From contig CBDAOB010000005.1 of assembly GCA_965197905.1 (NCBI GenBank), positions 2,528,001 through 2,592,000 of the forward strand: a stretch of 64,000 nucleotides of DNA, in the 5' to 3' direction. Position numbers and translations under genes: made by a program. The stretch is from Candidatus Latescibacterota bacterium (lineage in GTDB: Bacteria > Latescibacterota > UBA2968 > UBA8231). Positions 15,075 through 25,885 of the stretch are shown here, piece by piece; the stretch's first letter is position 1; each line of letters starts with the position of its first letter. The notes under the pieces were generated by a model. It was not told where the DNA came from. It did not search any database and worked only from the letters and a program-made list of their open reading frames with translations.

Positions 15075-16514
15075 TCAATTCAATGTATCAAAACGCCACT
15101 CGTCGAGGGGGACCATCGACGCCAGGTCCACGCCACCAGAAACACCAAGACCGGATCCCTGCAGGGAACGCAGATTGATACACCCGTCGACGACCTTGAG
15201 AGCGAGACCTGCGCCGGTGTCGGCATAGACGTGCTGATGGCGTCGTCGACACTCCTTCTGCTCAGATGGGGACAAGTGGTCAAGTCCATGTACATAGTGG
15301 TGGCCGTTGCGCTCGGCGTGCTTGATGCCGAGAGCAGCGAGGTGAACGAGATCCTGGTGCAGCGGCACTACTGGAAGATTCATCAGATCCTCCCCGGTCA
15401 AGAAATAGGCGTCCCCGAAATGCTGCGCAAGAGCCTGGTTCGCTAGCGCTTTGATCAGCCCCTTACAGTTTTTGGAGGACACTCCCTGGTATCCAATTTC
15501 TACTGCTTGAACAAACGTATTGAGGTCGCCGTCCGACTCGTCGATGATCAGCGGCTTTTGCTCCGGAATCCTTGCGATGGAGCCGGCCAGGGCCGGATCG
15601 AGCGCATCGCCACGATTCAGCGGTTGCTCGATAAAGATGATGCGCTCGTAGAGCCGGTGGAGCACCGGGTCCGTCACCATCTCTTCCAGCAGCAGGATGA
15701 GGCTATCGATGTCGGAGAACTGCTCGTTACCATCCAACGAGATGTGGAACGGCTTCGAACTCGAGTCCAGCATTCGGCCGATCGAACGCAAGCGTTCGAG
15801 ATCCGCATCTCGATCTCCGCACACCTTAATCTTGAGATATGAGATGCCCTGAGTATCTACATACTCTTCCAGCGCCTGCGGAAGGCCGTCGTTCAACCGA
15901 TCGCTTTCCTCGATCTCGGCGGCAAAGATCGGATCGGCAAGCCCGACGCAGTGGCGTACGTAAAGCGTGGGTAGCGGTTTCTTGGCAATCACTTGGGACG
16001 GATCCACACCCTGCAACTGTTGGTGAAGCGACCCCAAATCTATGCCCAGCTGATTGGTAACGAGCATCTGGTGGTAAGTCATGTCGGTGACGTTTCCGAG
16101 ACCGTCGATCAATGCCCGCTCCATCAAGCTGCTTCCATGCCCGCCCGTAAGATGGTTCATCCCGCGCTCGTCTGATTGCTGTAACATGGCGTCATATCCT
16201 TCGCGCCAGATATCGAAAACCCTCCCCGGCTTCGAGGCAATCTCCGCATAGATGGAAGCCGCCTGCCGCGCACCCCAAATGAGATCCTCTACGTTCTCTT
16301 CGTAGGTTTTGCCGGGATCCTTGTCGAACCACTTCGGCGGCAGCACATCCGCGGCATAGCCGATCGCCTTCCGCCCCCCGGTTACCTCGACGTCCATGGC
16401 GACGTGGAGCATGGGCGCCGCGCGCACGGTGGCGGTGCCGTAACGGAACGGCATCCGTGTACGCACGTTCCGCATGAAGAAACTAATGTTCGTGACCGCG
16501 ATCGCTTCGGACAT
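15075..16514 (-). CDS. enolase-superfamily (mandelate racemase-like) protein, substrate unknown
   Basis: KxK motif YLKIKV, metal ligands in LDGNEQ / FIEQPL / IIDESD, VSSKNCKG, ERNGHHY. Start at MSEAIAV, 14 bp after the argH stop. Confidence 0.75.
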   Translation of the reverse strand: MSEAIAVTNISFFMRNVRTRMPFRYGTATVRAAPMLHVAMDVEVTGGRKAIGYAADVLPPKWFDKDPGKTYEENVEDLIWGARQAASIYAEIASKPGRVFDIWREGYDAMLQQSDERGMNHLTGGHGSSLMERALIDGLGNVTDMTYHQMLVTNQLGIDLGSLHQQLQGVDPSQVIAKKPLPTLYVRHCVGLADPIFAAEIEESDRLNDGLPQALEEYVDTQGISYLKIKVCGDRDADLERLRSIGRMLDSSSKPFHISLDGNEQFSDIDSLILLLEEMVTDPVLHRLYERIIFIEQPLNRGDALDPALAGSIARIPEQKPLIIDESDGDLNTFVQAVEIGYQGVSSKNCKGLIKALANQALAQHFGDAYFLTGEDLMNLPVVPLHQDLVHLAALGIKHAERNGHHYVHGLDHLSPSEQKECRRRHQHVYADTGAGLALKVVDGCINLRSLQGSGLGVSGGVDLASMVPLDEWRFDTLN

Positions 16515-16528
16515 CGGATGTTGCCGGG

Positions 16529-17908
16529 TTATAGGGCGAGAACTGCTTTGGCGTGAACCAGTTGCTCGGCCACTGCCTGGGGGGCCGTACCGCCCGGAAG
16601 ATTTCTCCGATTGGGACTGTTTTCGACCTCCAAGAGGGCCATGGCGTCTTCTTCGAACGAAGAGGAAATCCGCCGAAGATCCTCGATGCTCAATTCGGTG
16701 AGATCCAACCCGGCCCCTTCGCAGTGCAGGACCAACTCGCCGACAACGCGATGCGCCTCGCGGAAGGGCGTGCCCTTGCCCACCAGATAATCCGCCAAGT
16801 CGGTTGCCAGAATGTTGCCGTCCATGCTCTCCCGCATGCGACGCGGCCGCAGCTGCATGGTCCGCCACACGCCCGAGAAGATCTGCAGACTAGACATGAC
16901 CGTATCCAGAGCGTCGAACAACGGTTCCTTGTCTTCTTGCATGTCTCGCGAGTAGGAGAGTGGAATCCCCTTCATCGTGGTCAACAGGCTAAGAAGATCG
17001 CCGTAAACCCTGCCCGTCTTGCCACGCACCAGCTCGAGGGAATCTGGATTCCTTTTTTGCGGCATCATGCTGGAGCCGGTGGAAAAGGTGTCAGCCAAAA
17101 CGACAAAACCAAACTCCGACGTGGACCAGATGATGAGGTCTTCGCAGTAGCGGCTCAGGTGCATCATTGAGATCGCAAGCGAACCGAGCAGCTCGAGCAG
17201 AAAATCCCGATCGCTCACCGCATCCAGGCTGTTGGACGTTAAGGCAGAGAACCCCAGGTCATCTGCCAATGCCTGGCGGTTGAGTGGGAAGGCACTTCCT
17301 GCCAAAGCTCCGGAGCCGAGCGGCAGAAGGTCGGCTCGTTTCCACACATCCCCGAGCCGGCCGTGGTCCCTTTCCAGCATCCAGAATAGTGCCAAGGCGT
17401 AGTGGGAAAACAGGATTGGCTGGGCTTGCTGCAAGTGGGTATAACCGGGCAGCAGAACCTCCATGTGGTCCTCCGCCGACGTTACCAGTACGGTTTGTAT
17501 CTCCCGAATCTGCGCCTGCAGCTGTTCCACTGCAGCGCGCACGAAGAGTCGTTCGTCCGTGCACACCTGGTCGTTGCGACTGCGGCCGGTGTTCAGCTTG
17601 CCACCAACCGGGCCGATTAGTTCGATCAAGCGGCCTTCGACGGCCATGTGAATGTCCTCGATTTCAGGTCCCAATTCGCCAGCAGTCGTTTTCAGCTCCT
17701 CCGCTACCTGCTCTAACCCTTTGAGTATCCGTTCCAGCTCATCGCTGTCCAGAACCCCAGCCTCGTGCAGACCCCGGGCGTATGCCATGCTGGCCTCGAC
17801 GTCCACCTCCAGAAGTCTTCGATCGAACTGGATGGAAGCGCTGAACTCCTGCATGATCTGGTCGGGCGTCGCCGAAAACCTGCCGCCCCAGGGTCGTTTA
17901 TTTGCCAT
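16529..17908 (-). CDS. argH: argininosuccinate lyase
   Basis: WGGRF, TGRSRNDQV, PGYTHLQQAQP, signature GSSMMPQKRNPD, DMQEDKE. Confidence 0.98.
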   Translation of the reverse strand: MANKRPWGGRFSATPDQIMQEFSASIQFDRRLLEVDVEASMAYARGLHEAGVLDSDELERILKGLEQVAEELKTTAGELGPEIEDIHMAVEGRLIELIGPVGGKLNTGRSRNDQVCTDERLFVRAAVEQLQAQIREIQTVLVTSAEDHMEVLLPGYTHLQQAQPILFSHYALALFWMLERDHGRLGDVWKRADLLPLGSGALAGSAFPLNRQALADDLGFSALTSNSLDAVSDRDFLLELLGSLAISMMHLSRYCEDLIIWSTSEFGFVVLADTFSTGSSMMPQKRNPDSLELVRGKTGRVYGDLLSLLTTMKGIPLSYSRDMQEDKEPLFDALDTVMSSLQIFSGVWRTMQLRPRRMRESMDGNILATDLADYLVGKGTPFREAHRVVGELVLHCEGAGLDLTELSIEDLRRISSSFEEDAMALLEVENSPNRRNLPGGTAPQAVAEQLVHAKAVLAL

Positions 17909-17995
17909 GGTACCTAGAATGAGAAGCGTTGGGCAATCAGGGTGTCCGGCAGGCGGCTCTCACAGCGGCCGGAAGTTGGCATGAGTCCTGGTGAC

Positions 17996-19195
17996 TCAGT
18001 CCAGACCCTGCTGAAGAATCTCGGCGAAAACATCCACAACCTCGTCGAGCCGGTCCCGCTCCACGATGAGGGGAGGCAGGAAGCGCACTACGTCCGGCCC
18101 CGCTGTGGCAACGAGAATATCCCGCTGGCGGAAGGCCGCGAGGTAGTCAGCAGCAGGGCGGTCGGTCACGGCCCCCGCGATGAGCCCGCGTCCACGAATC
18201 TCTTTGATGTGATCCGGCCACCGCTCCTTGAGCTTGTTGAGCCGGCCGATCAGGTGATCCCCCTTTTCCTTCACCTCATCGACGAAGCCATCTGCTTCCA
18301 GCTTGGAAAACACCGCCAGAGCGGCACTGCAAACCACCGGGTTGGCACCGAAGGTCGCAGCGTGGTCTCCAGGTTTTATCGCATCTGCCACCTTTTGCCG
18401 CATCAGACTGACCCCGATGGGCAGACCACCGCCCAGGGCTTTGGCGAGGGTCATGATATCAGGCTCGACGCCATATTGCTGGTAAGCCCACAGGGTTCCC
18501 GTCCGGCCCAGGCCAACCTGAATCTCGTCGAACACCAACAGCATCTCCTTGTCGTCGCAGAGAGTCCGCAATCCGGTAAGAAACTCGTCAGTCGCCACGT
18601 GGATCCCGCCCTCGGCCTGGAGCGGCTCGACCAGGATGGCACAGGTGTCGTCGCTGACCAGTTTCTCCACCGAGCTCAAATCGTTGAATTCGGCGAAGTC
18701 CACCCCCGGAAGGATCGGTTGAAACCCTTCGTGATACCTGGGCTGCCCGGTGGTGGAAATAGAACCGTAGGTGCGGCCGTGGAAGGAGTTTTCCATGGCG
18801 ATAAAACGATTCTTGGCTTGCTTGAAATTCGTGTGGCCCCATTTGCGTGCAAACTTCAGCGATGCTTCCCACGCTTCCGTTCCGCTGTTGCAGAAAAAGG
18901 CGCGGTCAGCAAAGCAGCCCTCGACCAGTTTCTGCGCCAACTCGGTGGAGGGAATGGTGTGATACAGATTGGAGACATGCATCAGCTTAGAGGTTTGGGT
19001 CTCGATCGCCTTGAGCACGTCGTAGTCCCCATATCCCAACGCGTTGACCGCCAAACCGCTGACGAAATCGAGGTATCTGTTGCCGTCGGTGTCGAACAGG
19101 TAGACCCCGTTGCCCCGTTCCAAGACAAATTCGGGACGCCCATAGGTCTGCAGGATGTATTTGTTTTCCAGTGCGACGATTTCTTCGGTCCTCAT
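17996..19195 (-). CDS. argD: acetylornithine aminotransferase (class III PLP)
   Basis: FCNSGTEA, SFHGRT, FDEIQVGLGRTG, TLAKALGGGLP; located in the arg operon. Confidence 0.93.
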   Translation of the reverse strand: MRTEEIVALENKYILQTYGRPEFVLERGNGVYLFDTDGNRYLDFVSGLAVNALGYGDYDVLKAIETQTSKLMHVSNLYHTIPSTELAQKLVEGCFADRAFFCNSGTEAWEASLKFARKWGHTNFKQAKNRFIAMENSFHGRTYGSISTTGQPRYHEGFQPILPGVDFAEFNDLSSVEKLVSDDTCAILVEPLQAEGGIHVATDEFLTGLRTLCDDKEMLLVFDEIQVGLGRTGTLWAYQQYGVEPDIMTLAKALGGGLPIGVSLMRQKVADAIKPGDHAATFGANPVVCSAALAVFSKLEADGFVDEVKEKGDHLIGRLNKLKERWPDHIKEIRGRGLIAGAVTDRPAADYLAAFRQRDILVATAGPDVVRFLPPLIVERDRLDEVVDVFAEILQQGLD

Positions 19196-19211
19196 TTCAT
19201 TCCTCCATCCT

Positions 19212-20099
19212 TCAGTGGACGATTTGCGTTCCGATCCCCTCATCTGTAAAGAATTCCAAAAGCATTGCATGGGGAATCCGCCCATCGATGATATGGGTTT
19301 TTCGAACCCCCCCTTTTACCGACTTGACGCCGGCGTTCACCTTGGGGATCATGCCTCCGGCGACTACACCGGTAGCGATCAGCTCGTCGACGTCGCGCAG
19401 GTGTACGGTCGACAGCAGGCTGCCTTCATCCGCGGCATCCCGCAGAATGCCCTTCACATCGGTCAGGAAAACCAGTTTCTCTGCGTGCAGGGCGGCGGCG
19501 ATCTCAGCGGCAGCCAGGTCGGCATTGACGTTGTAGCTCCGCCCCTCCGGATCGCGTCCGATGGGTGCGACGACCGGAATCGTGCCGGCCGCTAGAAGAT
19601 CGGTTAGGGGCGCCGGGTCGATGCGATCCACGTCGCCAACGAACCCTATGTCTACCGGGCCTTCCGGCGTTTCAGCCAGATGTTTCCTCACCTGCATGAT
19701 ACCCGATTCCTTGGCGGAGACTCCGACGCTCGCACCTCCTAGTCGCTCGATGGCATCGACGATGGCGGCGTTCACCTCGCCGAACAGCACATCCTCGACC
19801 ACCTTCATCGTGGGCTCATCGGTGACTCTGAGCCCGTTGATCCGGGTGCTCTCGACTCCCAGGGTCTCCAGTTTTCGCGAGATAGCTGGACCTCCACCAT
19901 GGACGACCACCGGCTTCATTCCGACGATCTCCATGAAGACCACATCCGACAGAACCGTATCGGCATCACCGGACCCGTTCATGGTGCTGCCGCCGTATTT
20001 TACCACCACGATCTTGTCGCGAAAGGTTTGAATGTACGGCAGCGCCTCCATGAGGGTCTTCGCTTTGGAGATCTGCTCCTCCAGCGACTGGACGGTCAT
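19212..20099 (-). CDS. argB: acetylglutamate kinase
   Basis: VVKYGGS, VVVHGGGP, GLRVTD, YNVNAD, GGMIPKV, HIIDGRIPH. Confidence 0.97.
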   Translation of the reverse strand: MTVQSLEEQISKAKTLMEALPYIQTFRDKIVVVKYGGSTMNGSGDADTVLSDVVFMEIVGMKPVVVHGGGPAISRKLETLGVESTRINGLRVTDEPTMKVVEDVLFGEVNAAIVDAIERLGGASVGVSAKESGIMQVRKHLAETPEGPVDIGFVGDVDRIDPAPLTDLLAAGTIPVVAPIGRDPEGRSYNVNADLAAAEIAAALHAEKLVFLTDVKGILRDAADEGSLLSTVHLRDVDELIATGVVAGGMIPKVNAGVKSVKGGVRKTHIIDGRIPHAMLLEFFTDEGIGTQIVH

Positions 20100-20569
20100 T
20101 CCGACGTTCCAGTGCTGCGAATCTGGCCGAAGCGATCGACGACCTTTTCTGCCGCCGACACGTCCAAAGACAGCAGAAAAATCGTGTTGTCTCCGGCGAT
20201 GGTTCCTATGACCTCAGGCCAGCAAATGCGATCGATGGCCTCGCAGACGCTCTGGGCGTGACCGGAGAGGCTATGGGCGACCACCATATTCTGTACCCGC
20301 TGCACACGCACTAGATAGTCCCGCAGCTCGCGCTCGAGAATGTTCTGGTCGCGTATGGTAACACCCGATTCCGGAATGGCGTAGCGGAATCCGCCCTCCG
20401 GTGTCGGCATCCGCACCACCCCCAATTCGCGCAGGTCTTTGGACAGCGTCGACTGACTTACTGTAAGTCCTTTATTGGAAAGCACTTCTGCCAGTCTATC
20501 GTGGGTTCCGATCGACTCGTCACGAAGCACTTCCCGGATGTCACTCTGACGAATCTGCTTGTTACCCAT
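20096..20569 (-). CDS. argR: arginine repressor
   Basis: wHTH VSQSTLSKDLRELG; arginine-binding motif GTIAGDNTI. Confidence 0.95.
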   Translation of the reverse strand: MGNKQIRQSDIREVLRDESIGTHDRLAEVLSNKGLTVSQSTLSKDLRELGVVRMPTPEGGFRYAIPESGVTIRDQNILERELRDYLVRVQRVQNMVVAHSLSGHAQSVCEAIDRICWPEVIGTIAGDNTIFLLSLDVSAAEKVVDRFGQIRSTGTSE

Positions 20570-20580
20570 GGAGAGACAGC

Positions 20581-20598
20581 TTGTAATAAATATTCATT
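20581..20598 (-). promoter_or_regulatory. putative ARG box (ArgR operator)
   Basis: AATGAATATTTATTACAA vs consensus WNTGAATWWWWATTCANW (2 mismatches), between the promoter and the argR ATG. Confidence 0.7.
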
Positions 20599-20615
20599 AA
20601 TTGTGGTGAAAATGG

Positions 20616-20644
20616 AATATACCGTCGGATCTCTACTCTGTCAA
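20616..20644 (-). promoter_or_regulatory. sigma70-type promoter of argR-argB-argD
   Basis: Minus strand TTGACA-17 bp-TATATT. Confidence 0.8.
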
Positions 20645-21456
20645 TCCTCATCTCCGTTTGACGCCACCAGCGTCTCACCCTTGGGTGCCATGAGTTCGGT
20701 AAGTCGTTGCCGCAGCTCGGCACCCGCGAGTCCCCTGACCAACACTCCGCCGATCGCCAGAGAGATAATACGGCTCTCCTCAGAAACAATGAGGGTCACG
20801 GCGTCCGATTCCTGGGATAAGCCGAGGGCCGCCCGGTGTCGGGTGCCCAATCTCTGGTCGTCTACATCCTCGGCCAGAGGGAGGGTGCAACGAGCGGCTA
20901 CCAGCCGCTCTCCACGAATGACTACCGCCTGATCGTGCAGAGGCGATCTGGGGGTGAAAATGGTGGTGAGAAGATCGGCGGAGACCTGAGCGTTTAGCGG
21001 CACACCCGAATCGACGATGGAGCCCAGCTGAACGTCCCTCACCATGACCAGGAGTGCCCCGAACCCACGACTGGCCATCTGCTCGGCGGCGGTGGCAACC
21101 TCGTCGACCAAGTGGGAGGACTCAGTTTTGTAGAGCCAGCGAAACACGGGGCTCTGGCCGAGCACCCCGAGGAACCGGCGAAGCTCTGGCTGGAAGAGGA
21201 TCACCAGCAGGATCAACAGGATCGAGCGTACCTGCTCCAGCAGCCACACCAAGGCGTCCATCTCAAACAGGGGCGCGGCCATGGCCACGGTAATGACCAG
21301 GAATAGTCCGGCCAGCATCTGCGCGGCACGGGTCCCCCGAATGAGGCCTAACACGCGGTAGATAATGAACGCGACTATAAGAATGTCGACGATGGACGTC
21401 GCGGACACGGGCAGAAAGCCGAATAAACGGAACAGCGTCAGTTTGTCTTCAAACAC
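20641..21456 (-). CDS. cdaA: diadenylate cyclase CdaA/DacA
   Basis: Three N-terminal TM helices, ILFQPELRR, PLHDQAVVI (DGA-like), GTRHRAALGLS, VSEE. Confidence 0.92.
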   Translation of the reverse strand: MFEDKLTLFRLFGFLPVSATSIVDILIVAFIIYRVLGLIRGTRAAQMLAGLFLVITVAMAAPLFEMDALVWLLEQVRSILLILLVILFQPELRRFLGVLGQSPVFRWLYKTESSHLVDEVATAAEQMASRGFGALLVMVRDVQLGSIVDSGVPLNAQVSADLLTTIFTPRSPLHDQAVVIRGERLVAARCTLPLAEDVDDQRLGTRHRAALGLSQESDAVTLIVSEESRIISLAIGGVLVRGLAGAELRQRLTELMAPKGETLVASNGDED

Positions 21457-21460
21457 GACT

Positions 21461-22309
21461 TCATTCGCCTGGGCTAACCGCGTATTGAGTAATGGCTCGC
21501 ACCATTCGGCTCACTCGGACCGTCTCTTTTACATCGTGAACACGCAATATGCGGGCGCCCTGAAATACCGCCACGGCGGCTACGGCAAGACTGCCTTCCA
21601 GCGCCTCGGCTGCAGTAGATTCCAAGGTCTTCCAAATGAAGGATTTTCGCGAGGCGCCGATCAGAACCGGATATCCAAGTCCGACTAGATCGTGGAGCCG
21701 CTTCAGCAAGGCCAGATTTTGCGCCGGCCCTTTGCCAAATCCCAGGCCCGGATCTATAGCGATTTGAAACCTGGAAACCCCGCCATTTTCGGAGTCAGCT
21801 GCCCTCTTTTCGAGGTACCGTTTTACCTCGCTTGCCGGATCGAGCTTCAATGGAGATCTACTACCGTCATGCATTAGAATGACTGGTACGTGGCGGGCGC
21901 CCACTAGGTCCATCATTGAGGGGTCCGCCTCAAGGGCGCTGATGTCGTTGATCAAATCGGCCCCGGCATCGAGCGCCCGGCGTGCGACCGATTCCTTCGT
22001 AGTGTCAACCGAGATCGGAATGCCGGAGCGCAGTCTGACAGCCTCGATTACCGGAAGGATCCTGCGGCACTCTTCGTCACTATCTACTTCCTGAACAGAG
22101 CCGTAGAGCGCTGGCGGGCGGGTAGATTCGCCCCCAATGTCGATGATGTCGGCCCCCTCCGCCTCCATCTCCAGAGCCCGTTTCACCGCCGCATCGGGGG
22201 AGAGATAGCGGCCGCCGTCGTAGAAGGAATCGGGCGTCACATTCAAAACGGCCATAATCTGGCAGCGGTCTTGAAAGTCGAGAACTCGTCCCCGGAGTTT
22301 CCAGCTCAT
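21461..22309 (-). CDS. folP: dihydropteroate synthase
   Basis: LNVTPDSFYDGG, IDIGGESTRP, IDPGLGFGK, GASRKSFI, RVHDV. Confidence 0.97.
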   Translation of the reverse strand: MSWKLRGRVLDFQDRCQIMAVLNVTPDSFYDGGRYLSPDAAVKRALEMEAEGADIIDIGGESTRPPALYGSVQEVDSDEECRRILPVIEAVRLRSGIPISVDTTKESVARRALDAGADLINDISALEADPSMMDLVGARHVPVILMHDGSRSPLKLDPASEVKRYLEKRAADSENGGVSRFQIAIDPGLGFGKGPAQNLALLKRLHDLVGLGYPVLIGASRKSFIWKTLESTAAEALEGSLAVAAVAVFQGARILRVHDVKETVRVSRMVRAITQYAVSPGE

Positions 22310-24351
22310 TCACCGGTGTCCCCTCCTCCCGTTTCCGGCGAATCGGATCGCGCTGCATCAGCCGTGTCTTCACCATCGGGGAAAGCATCCGGATGTGGCT
22401 CGCCGGGCGATACGGCTGCGGCAGCCACGTCCTGATCGGATCTGCCTCTCATTTCGAGTCGATCCAGGGGTTTTCCAGCTAAAATGGTGTCGATCTCAGT
22501 GTCGTCCAAAACCTCGTACCGCAACAACGCAGCAGCCAGTGTATGTAAGCGCTCCTCGTTGGAACGGAGCAGCTCGGCGGCGGTCTCCTCGGCCTGGAGC
22601 ACCAGGTCGCGTATCTCGTCATCTATGGCCAAGGCGGTCTGCTCAGAGAAATTGCGGATGCGCGAAAAATCCTTACCGAGAAATACCTCCTCGTCGGCCC
22701 CTCCGAGGGAGAGCGGACCGATCTTTTTGTTCATGCCCCACTCGCAGATCATGGAGCGCGCCAGGGAGGTGACCTGCTTGTAATCGCCCTGGGCACCCGT
22801 CGAACGTTCTTCGAATATCAGATTCTCAGCACAGCACCCTCCCAGCGCCGTCGCCAGATGCGCCCTCAATCTCGATTCGGTGATAGACCGACGTTCATCC
22901 GACAAAAACGAAACCATGCCCATGGTCTGACCACGGGGAATTATGGTCGCCTTGTGAATCGGCGGCGCCCCCGGCAGCAGCTTCGCCACCATGGCGTGGC
23001 CGGCTTCGTGGTAGGCGGAAAGCTTCTTGTCCTCCTCGGTCATCACCATGCTCTTGCGCTCCGCCCCCATCATCACCTTGTCCTTAGCCTCCTCGAAGTC
23101 GACCATTGAGACTGCATCCCGGTCATGTCGAGAGGCGAGCAACGCCGCTTCATTTGCCAAATTAGCCAGATCCGCTCCAGAGAGCCCCGGGGTGCTCTGC
23201 GCCACGCGCTGGAGGTCTACACCCTCCTCCAACGGCATTTCCCGGGAGTGAACGTGCAGGATTCCCTGGCGGCCCCTCAAGTCGGGCAGATCAACCACAA
23301 TGCGCCGATCGAATCGGCCGGGTCGGAGCAGGGCTGGATCGAGCACGTCGGGCCTGTTCGTTGAGGCCAGCAGAATGACGCCATCGTTGGACTCGAAACC
23401 ATCCATCTCAACGAGAAGCTGATTGAGCGTCTGCTCGCGCTCGTCGTGCCCACCCCCTATACCGGCGCCACGGTGCCTGCCCACCGCGTCGATCTCGTCC
23501 ATGAAAATAATGCAGGGCGCGTTCGTCTTTCCCTGCTCGAAGAGATCGCGGACCCGCGACGCGCCAACACCCACGAACATTTCCACGAAATCCGATCCAC
23601 TGATGCTAAAGAACGGAACACCGGCCTCGCCGGCGACGGCGCGGGCAAGGTGCGTTTTGCCTGTGCCCGGTGGACCGACAAGGAGAACGCCTTTGGGTAT
23701 TTTGCCGCCGAGGCGTTGAAACTTCTTGGGGTCCTTGAGAAACTCGATTACCTCCTGAAGCTCCTCTTTGGCCTCGTCGACGCCCGCTACATCCTCAAAG
23801 GTCGTTTTCTCCTTTTCCTCCGTGAGCAGCTTGGCGCGACTTTTCCCGAAAGAGAACAAACCCCTGGCGCCGCCTTGCATCTGGCGCAACATGAATATCC
23901 AGAACCCGATAAACAGCAACCACGGCAGAAAGCTGAAAAGCACTCCATACCATTGAAACGGCTTCTCTTTGAAGCGGAAGTTCAGCCCGATCGATTCCCA
24001 GTCGCGTTTGGTTGCGGCATCGATGGGGCCCAGGTTGACCACGAAGCGGGAGCCATCCACCAGCGTGCCGTGGAACTCGCTCTCGCCAATAATCGTGCCG
24101 TTTTCGATCTCGCCGTTGTCCAGGTATTCCCGGTACAGCTTGTAAGAAATCACCTCCGCATCGCTCGGCATGCTGCCGAAAAACTTGGCGGCGAAGATCA
24201 GGATGAGGACGAAAAGTATCCAGAACGCCTGGGTCCTGGAAGGGCGGCGCCACCGACGCCCTTCCCTGTTTGGCGAAGGGCGGGACCCCGCCGACGGATT
24301 GCCCTGCTCGTTGTGATTGCCGTCGTTTGCCGGTGATTCGTCTCGTTCCAT
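22306..24351 (-). CDS. ftsH: ATP-dependent zinc metalloprotease FtsH
   Basis: Two TM helices, Walker [44 protein letters not shown]. Confidence 0.98.
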   Translation of the reverse strand: MERDESPANDGNHNEQGNPSAGSRPSPNREGRRWRRPSRTQAFWILFVLILIFAAKFFGSMPSDAEVISYKLYREYLDNGEIENGTIIGESEFHGTLVDGSRFVVNLGPIDAATKRDWESIGLNFRFKEKPFQWYGVLFSFLPWLLFIGFWIFMLRQMQGGARGLFSFGKSRAKLLTEEKEKTTFEDVAGVDEAKEELQEVIEFLKDPKKFQRLGGKIPKGVLLVGPPGTGKTHLARAVAGEAGVPFFSISGSDFVEMFVGVGASRVRDLFEQGKTNAPCIIFMDEIDAVGRHRGAGIGGGHDEREQTLNQLLVEMDGFESNDGVILLASTNRPDVLDPALLRPGRFDRRIVVDLPDLRGRQGILHVHSREMPLEEGVDLQRVAQSTPGLSGADLANLANEAALLASRHDRDAVSMVDFEEAKDKVMMGAERKSMVMTEEDKKLSAYHEAGHAMVAKLLPGAPPIHKATIIPRGQTMGMVSFLSDERRSITESRLRAHLATALGGCCAENLIFEERSTGAQGDYKQVTSLARSMICEWGMNKKIGPLSLGGADEEVFLGKDFSRIRNFSEQTALAIDDEIRDLVLQAEETAAELLRSNEERLHTLAAALLRYEVLDDTEIDTILAGKPLDRLEMRGRSDQDVAAAAVSPGEPHPDAFPDGEDTADAARSDSPETGGGDTGE

Positions 24352-24361
24352 TGCTTCCAGC

Positions 24362-25807
24362 TCAAAGTTTCGAAGGCTGCAGATCGACAATCATGATCTT
24401 TCGGGTTTTCGGTTGCACCCTGAAAGGATGGGCCGGCCGCAAACCTGCGACCCAGACGACGTCCTCGCCATTCGTCAAAAGCAGCACATCATCGCGCAAG
24501 ATCCTCGGAACTCCGGAGTCGAGTAGGAACTCGTTGACGCGCTTGTGGCCGTTCATACCGAGTGGTTGAAATCGGTCGCCCCGACGCACGGCGCGAAGCT
24601 GGAGTTGAGAACCTGTAAGATCCGCATCGAAAGCCGCCCGGCACGCCGACAGTCCCTTCTTGATGGACGCGAAATCGTCGGCGTTCGAGAGGGTCGCGCT
24701 CAACCGCAAACCGAGGTCGTCGATCTCGGTGCTTCCGGGAACGGCGACGTCGATATCGATAATTCTGTTCCGTCCCCGGCGCAAAATCAATTGATCCCCG
24801 GTGACCTGGTACCAGAGATCCGAGAGCAGATGGCGACACCCCGAATGACCATTGCTCACCGCATTGACGATCTGTTCGATCTTCTGAAAGCTGCACTGTG
24901 ATCCGCCCGCAAAGTCTGTAATGAGCTGGCGAAGAATTCGCCGTTGTACCGCCAGGTGCTGACCCTCGAATCCCGACCGGGTCAGAATGACGACCTCCAT
25001 CGTCCTTCTCTCGACGACCTGTAGCATCGCCGACTGCGCAAAATCGGCCAAAAACCGATCCTCCTCTCCGAGAACAGTCGCGCTGCGGCACAGGGTTTGA
25101 ACGATGCCGGGGTTGAAGTGTCTGCGGAGTTCCGGAAGGAGACGGTGGCGGATGCGGTTCCTGAGGTGACGGATGTCCACATTGGTCCGATCTGTCTGGA
25201 ATTGCAACCCGCGACTCAAGGCGTAGGATTCGATGTCCGCCCGCCTGCATGACAGGAGTGGCCGCAGATAGAGGCCGTCACGCAACGATGACATTCCAGA
25301 CAGACCGGTGACACCGCTTCCACGCAGCAGGCGCATGAGCACCGTTTCCGCCTGGTCATCGGCGTGGTGTCCGAGAACCACAAATCGCGCACCGACAGTG
25401 GCAGCGGTTCGATTCAAAAACGCGTAGCGGGCTGCACGCGCGGTATCTTCGATGGAGGAAACGCTGCCTTCCGCGCACTGACCGGGTTGCAGCGTTTCCC
25501 GAGTACAGGGCAGACCGTACTGGCGCGAAAAGCTAACGACGAAATCAGCATCCAAGCCGGAATCGGGTCGCAGCCCATGATCCAGGTGCGCTACATGCAG
25601 TTCCAACCTCATTCGTTCGCGGAGGTCGTTGAGAATATCCAGGAGCACGACGGAGTCGGGTCCACCGGAGACGGCAACCAAAAGCCGTTCTCCACTCGCG
25701 GCATATCGGGTCAGGATATCTTGCACCCGACCCGGCAGGTTGGAAACCCCCTCCGACGATGTAGAATTCGGACGCGATGGCACGTATCTGTCTGGCAATT
25801 CTAGCAC
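24362..25807 (-). CDS. tilS: tRNA(Ile)-lysidine synthetase (start codon uncertain)
   Basis: PP-loop VAVSGGPDS, HLDHGLR, ARAARY, GHHADDQAET, RPLL, RNRIRH. Confidence 0.95.
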   Translation of the reverse strand: MLELPDRYVPSRPNSTSSEGVSNLPGRVQDILTRYAASGERLLVAVSGGPDSVVLLDILNDLRERMRLELHVAHLDHGLRPDSGLDADFVVSFSRQYGLPCTRETLQPGQCAEGSVSSIEDTARAARYAFLNRTAATVGARFVVLGHHADDQAETVLMRLLRGSGVTGLSGMSSLRDGLYLRPLLSCRRADIESYALSRGLQFQTDRTNVDIRHLRNRIRHRLLPELRRHFNPGIVQTLCRSATVLGEEDRFLADFAQSAMLQVVERRTMEVVILTRSGFEGQHLAVQRRILRQLITDFAGGSQCSFQKIEQIVNAVSNGHSGCRHLLSDLWYQVTGDQLILRRGRNRIIDIDVAVPGSTEIDDLGLRLSATLSNADDFASIKKGLSACRAAFDADLTGSQLQLRAVRRGDRFQPLGMNGHKRVNEFLLDSGVPRILRDDVLLLTNGEDVVWVAGLRPAHPFRVQPKTRKIMIVDLQPSKL

Positions 25808-25815
25808 TTCGAACG

Positions 25816-25832
25816 CTGGAATGAGTATTGCT
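25816..25832 (+). promoter_or_regulatory. sigma54 -24/-12 promoter candidate
   Basis: CTGGAATGAGTATTGCT = GG-N10-GC with TTGCT, about 55 bp upstream of the ORF at 25886. Confidence 0.55.
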
Positions 25833-25885
25833 GATACTGAAATGTTAAGAAAAGCTGGAATGATGATCGGATCAAGGGAGTTACC

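Noticed and set aside
16515..16868. N-terminal extension of the 597-aa ORF in the track
   Set aside because: It overlaps argH in another frame; the ATG at 16514 gives a normal operon junction. Similar over-extensions were trimmed for ppdK, parA, ligA, argD, ftsH, era and the 41916 and 45120 genes.
17942..19249. 435-aa antisense ORF over argD (similarly 3751..5118, 1322..2161, 23446..24336, 7932..8954, 49889..50701)
   Set aside because: Shadow frames of well-supported genes, expected from GC-rich codon bias; no recognisable motifs.
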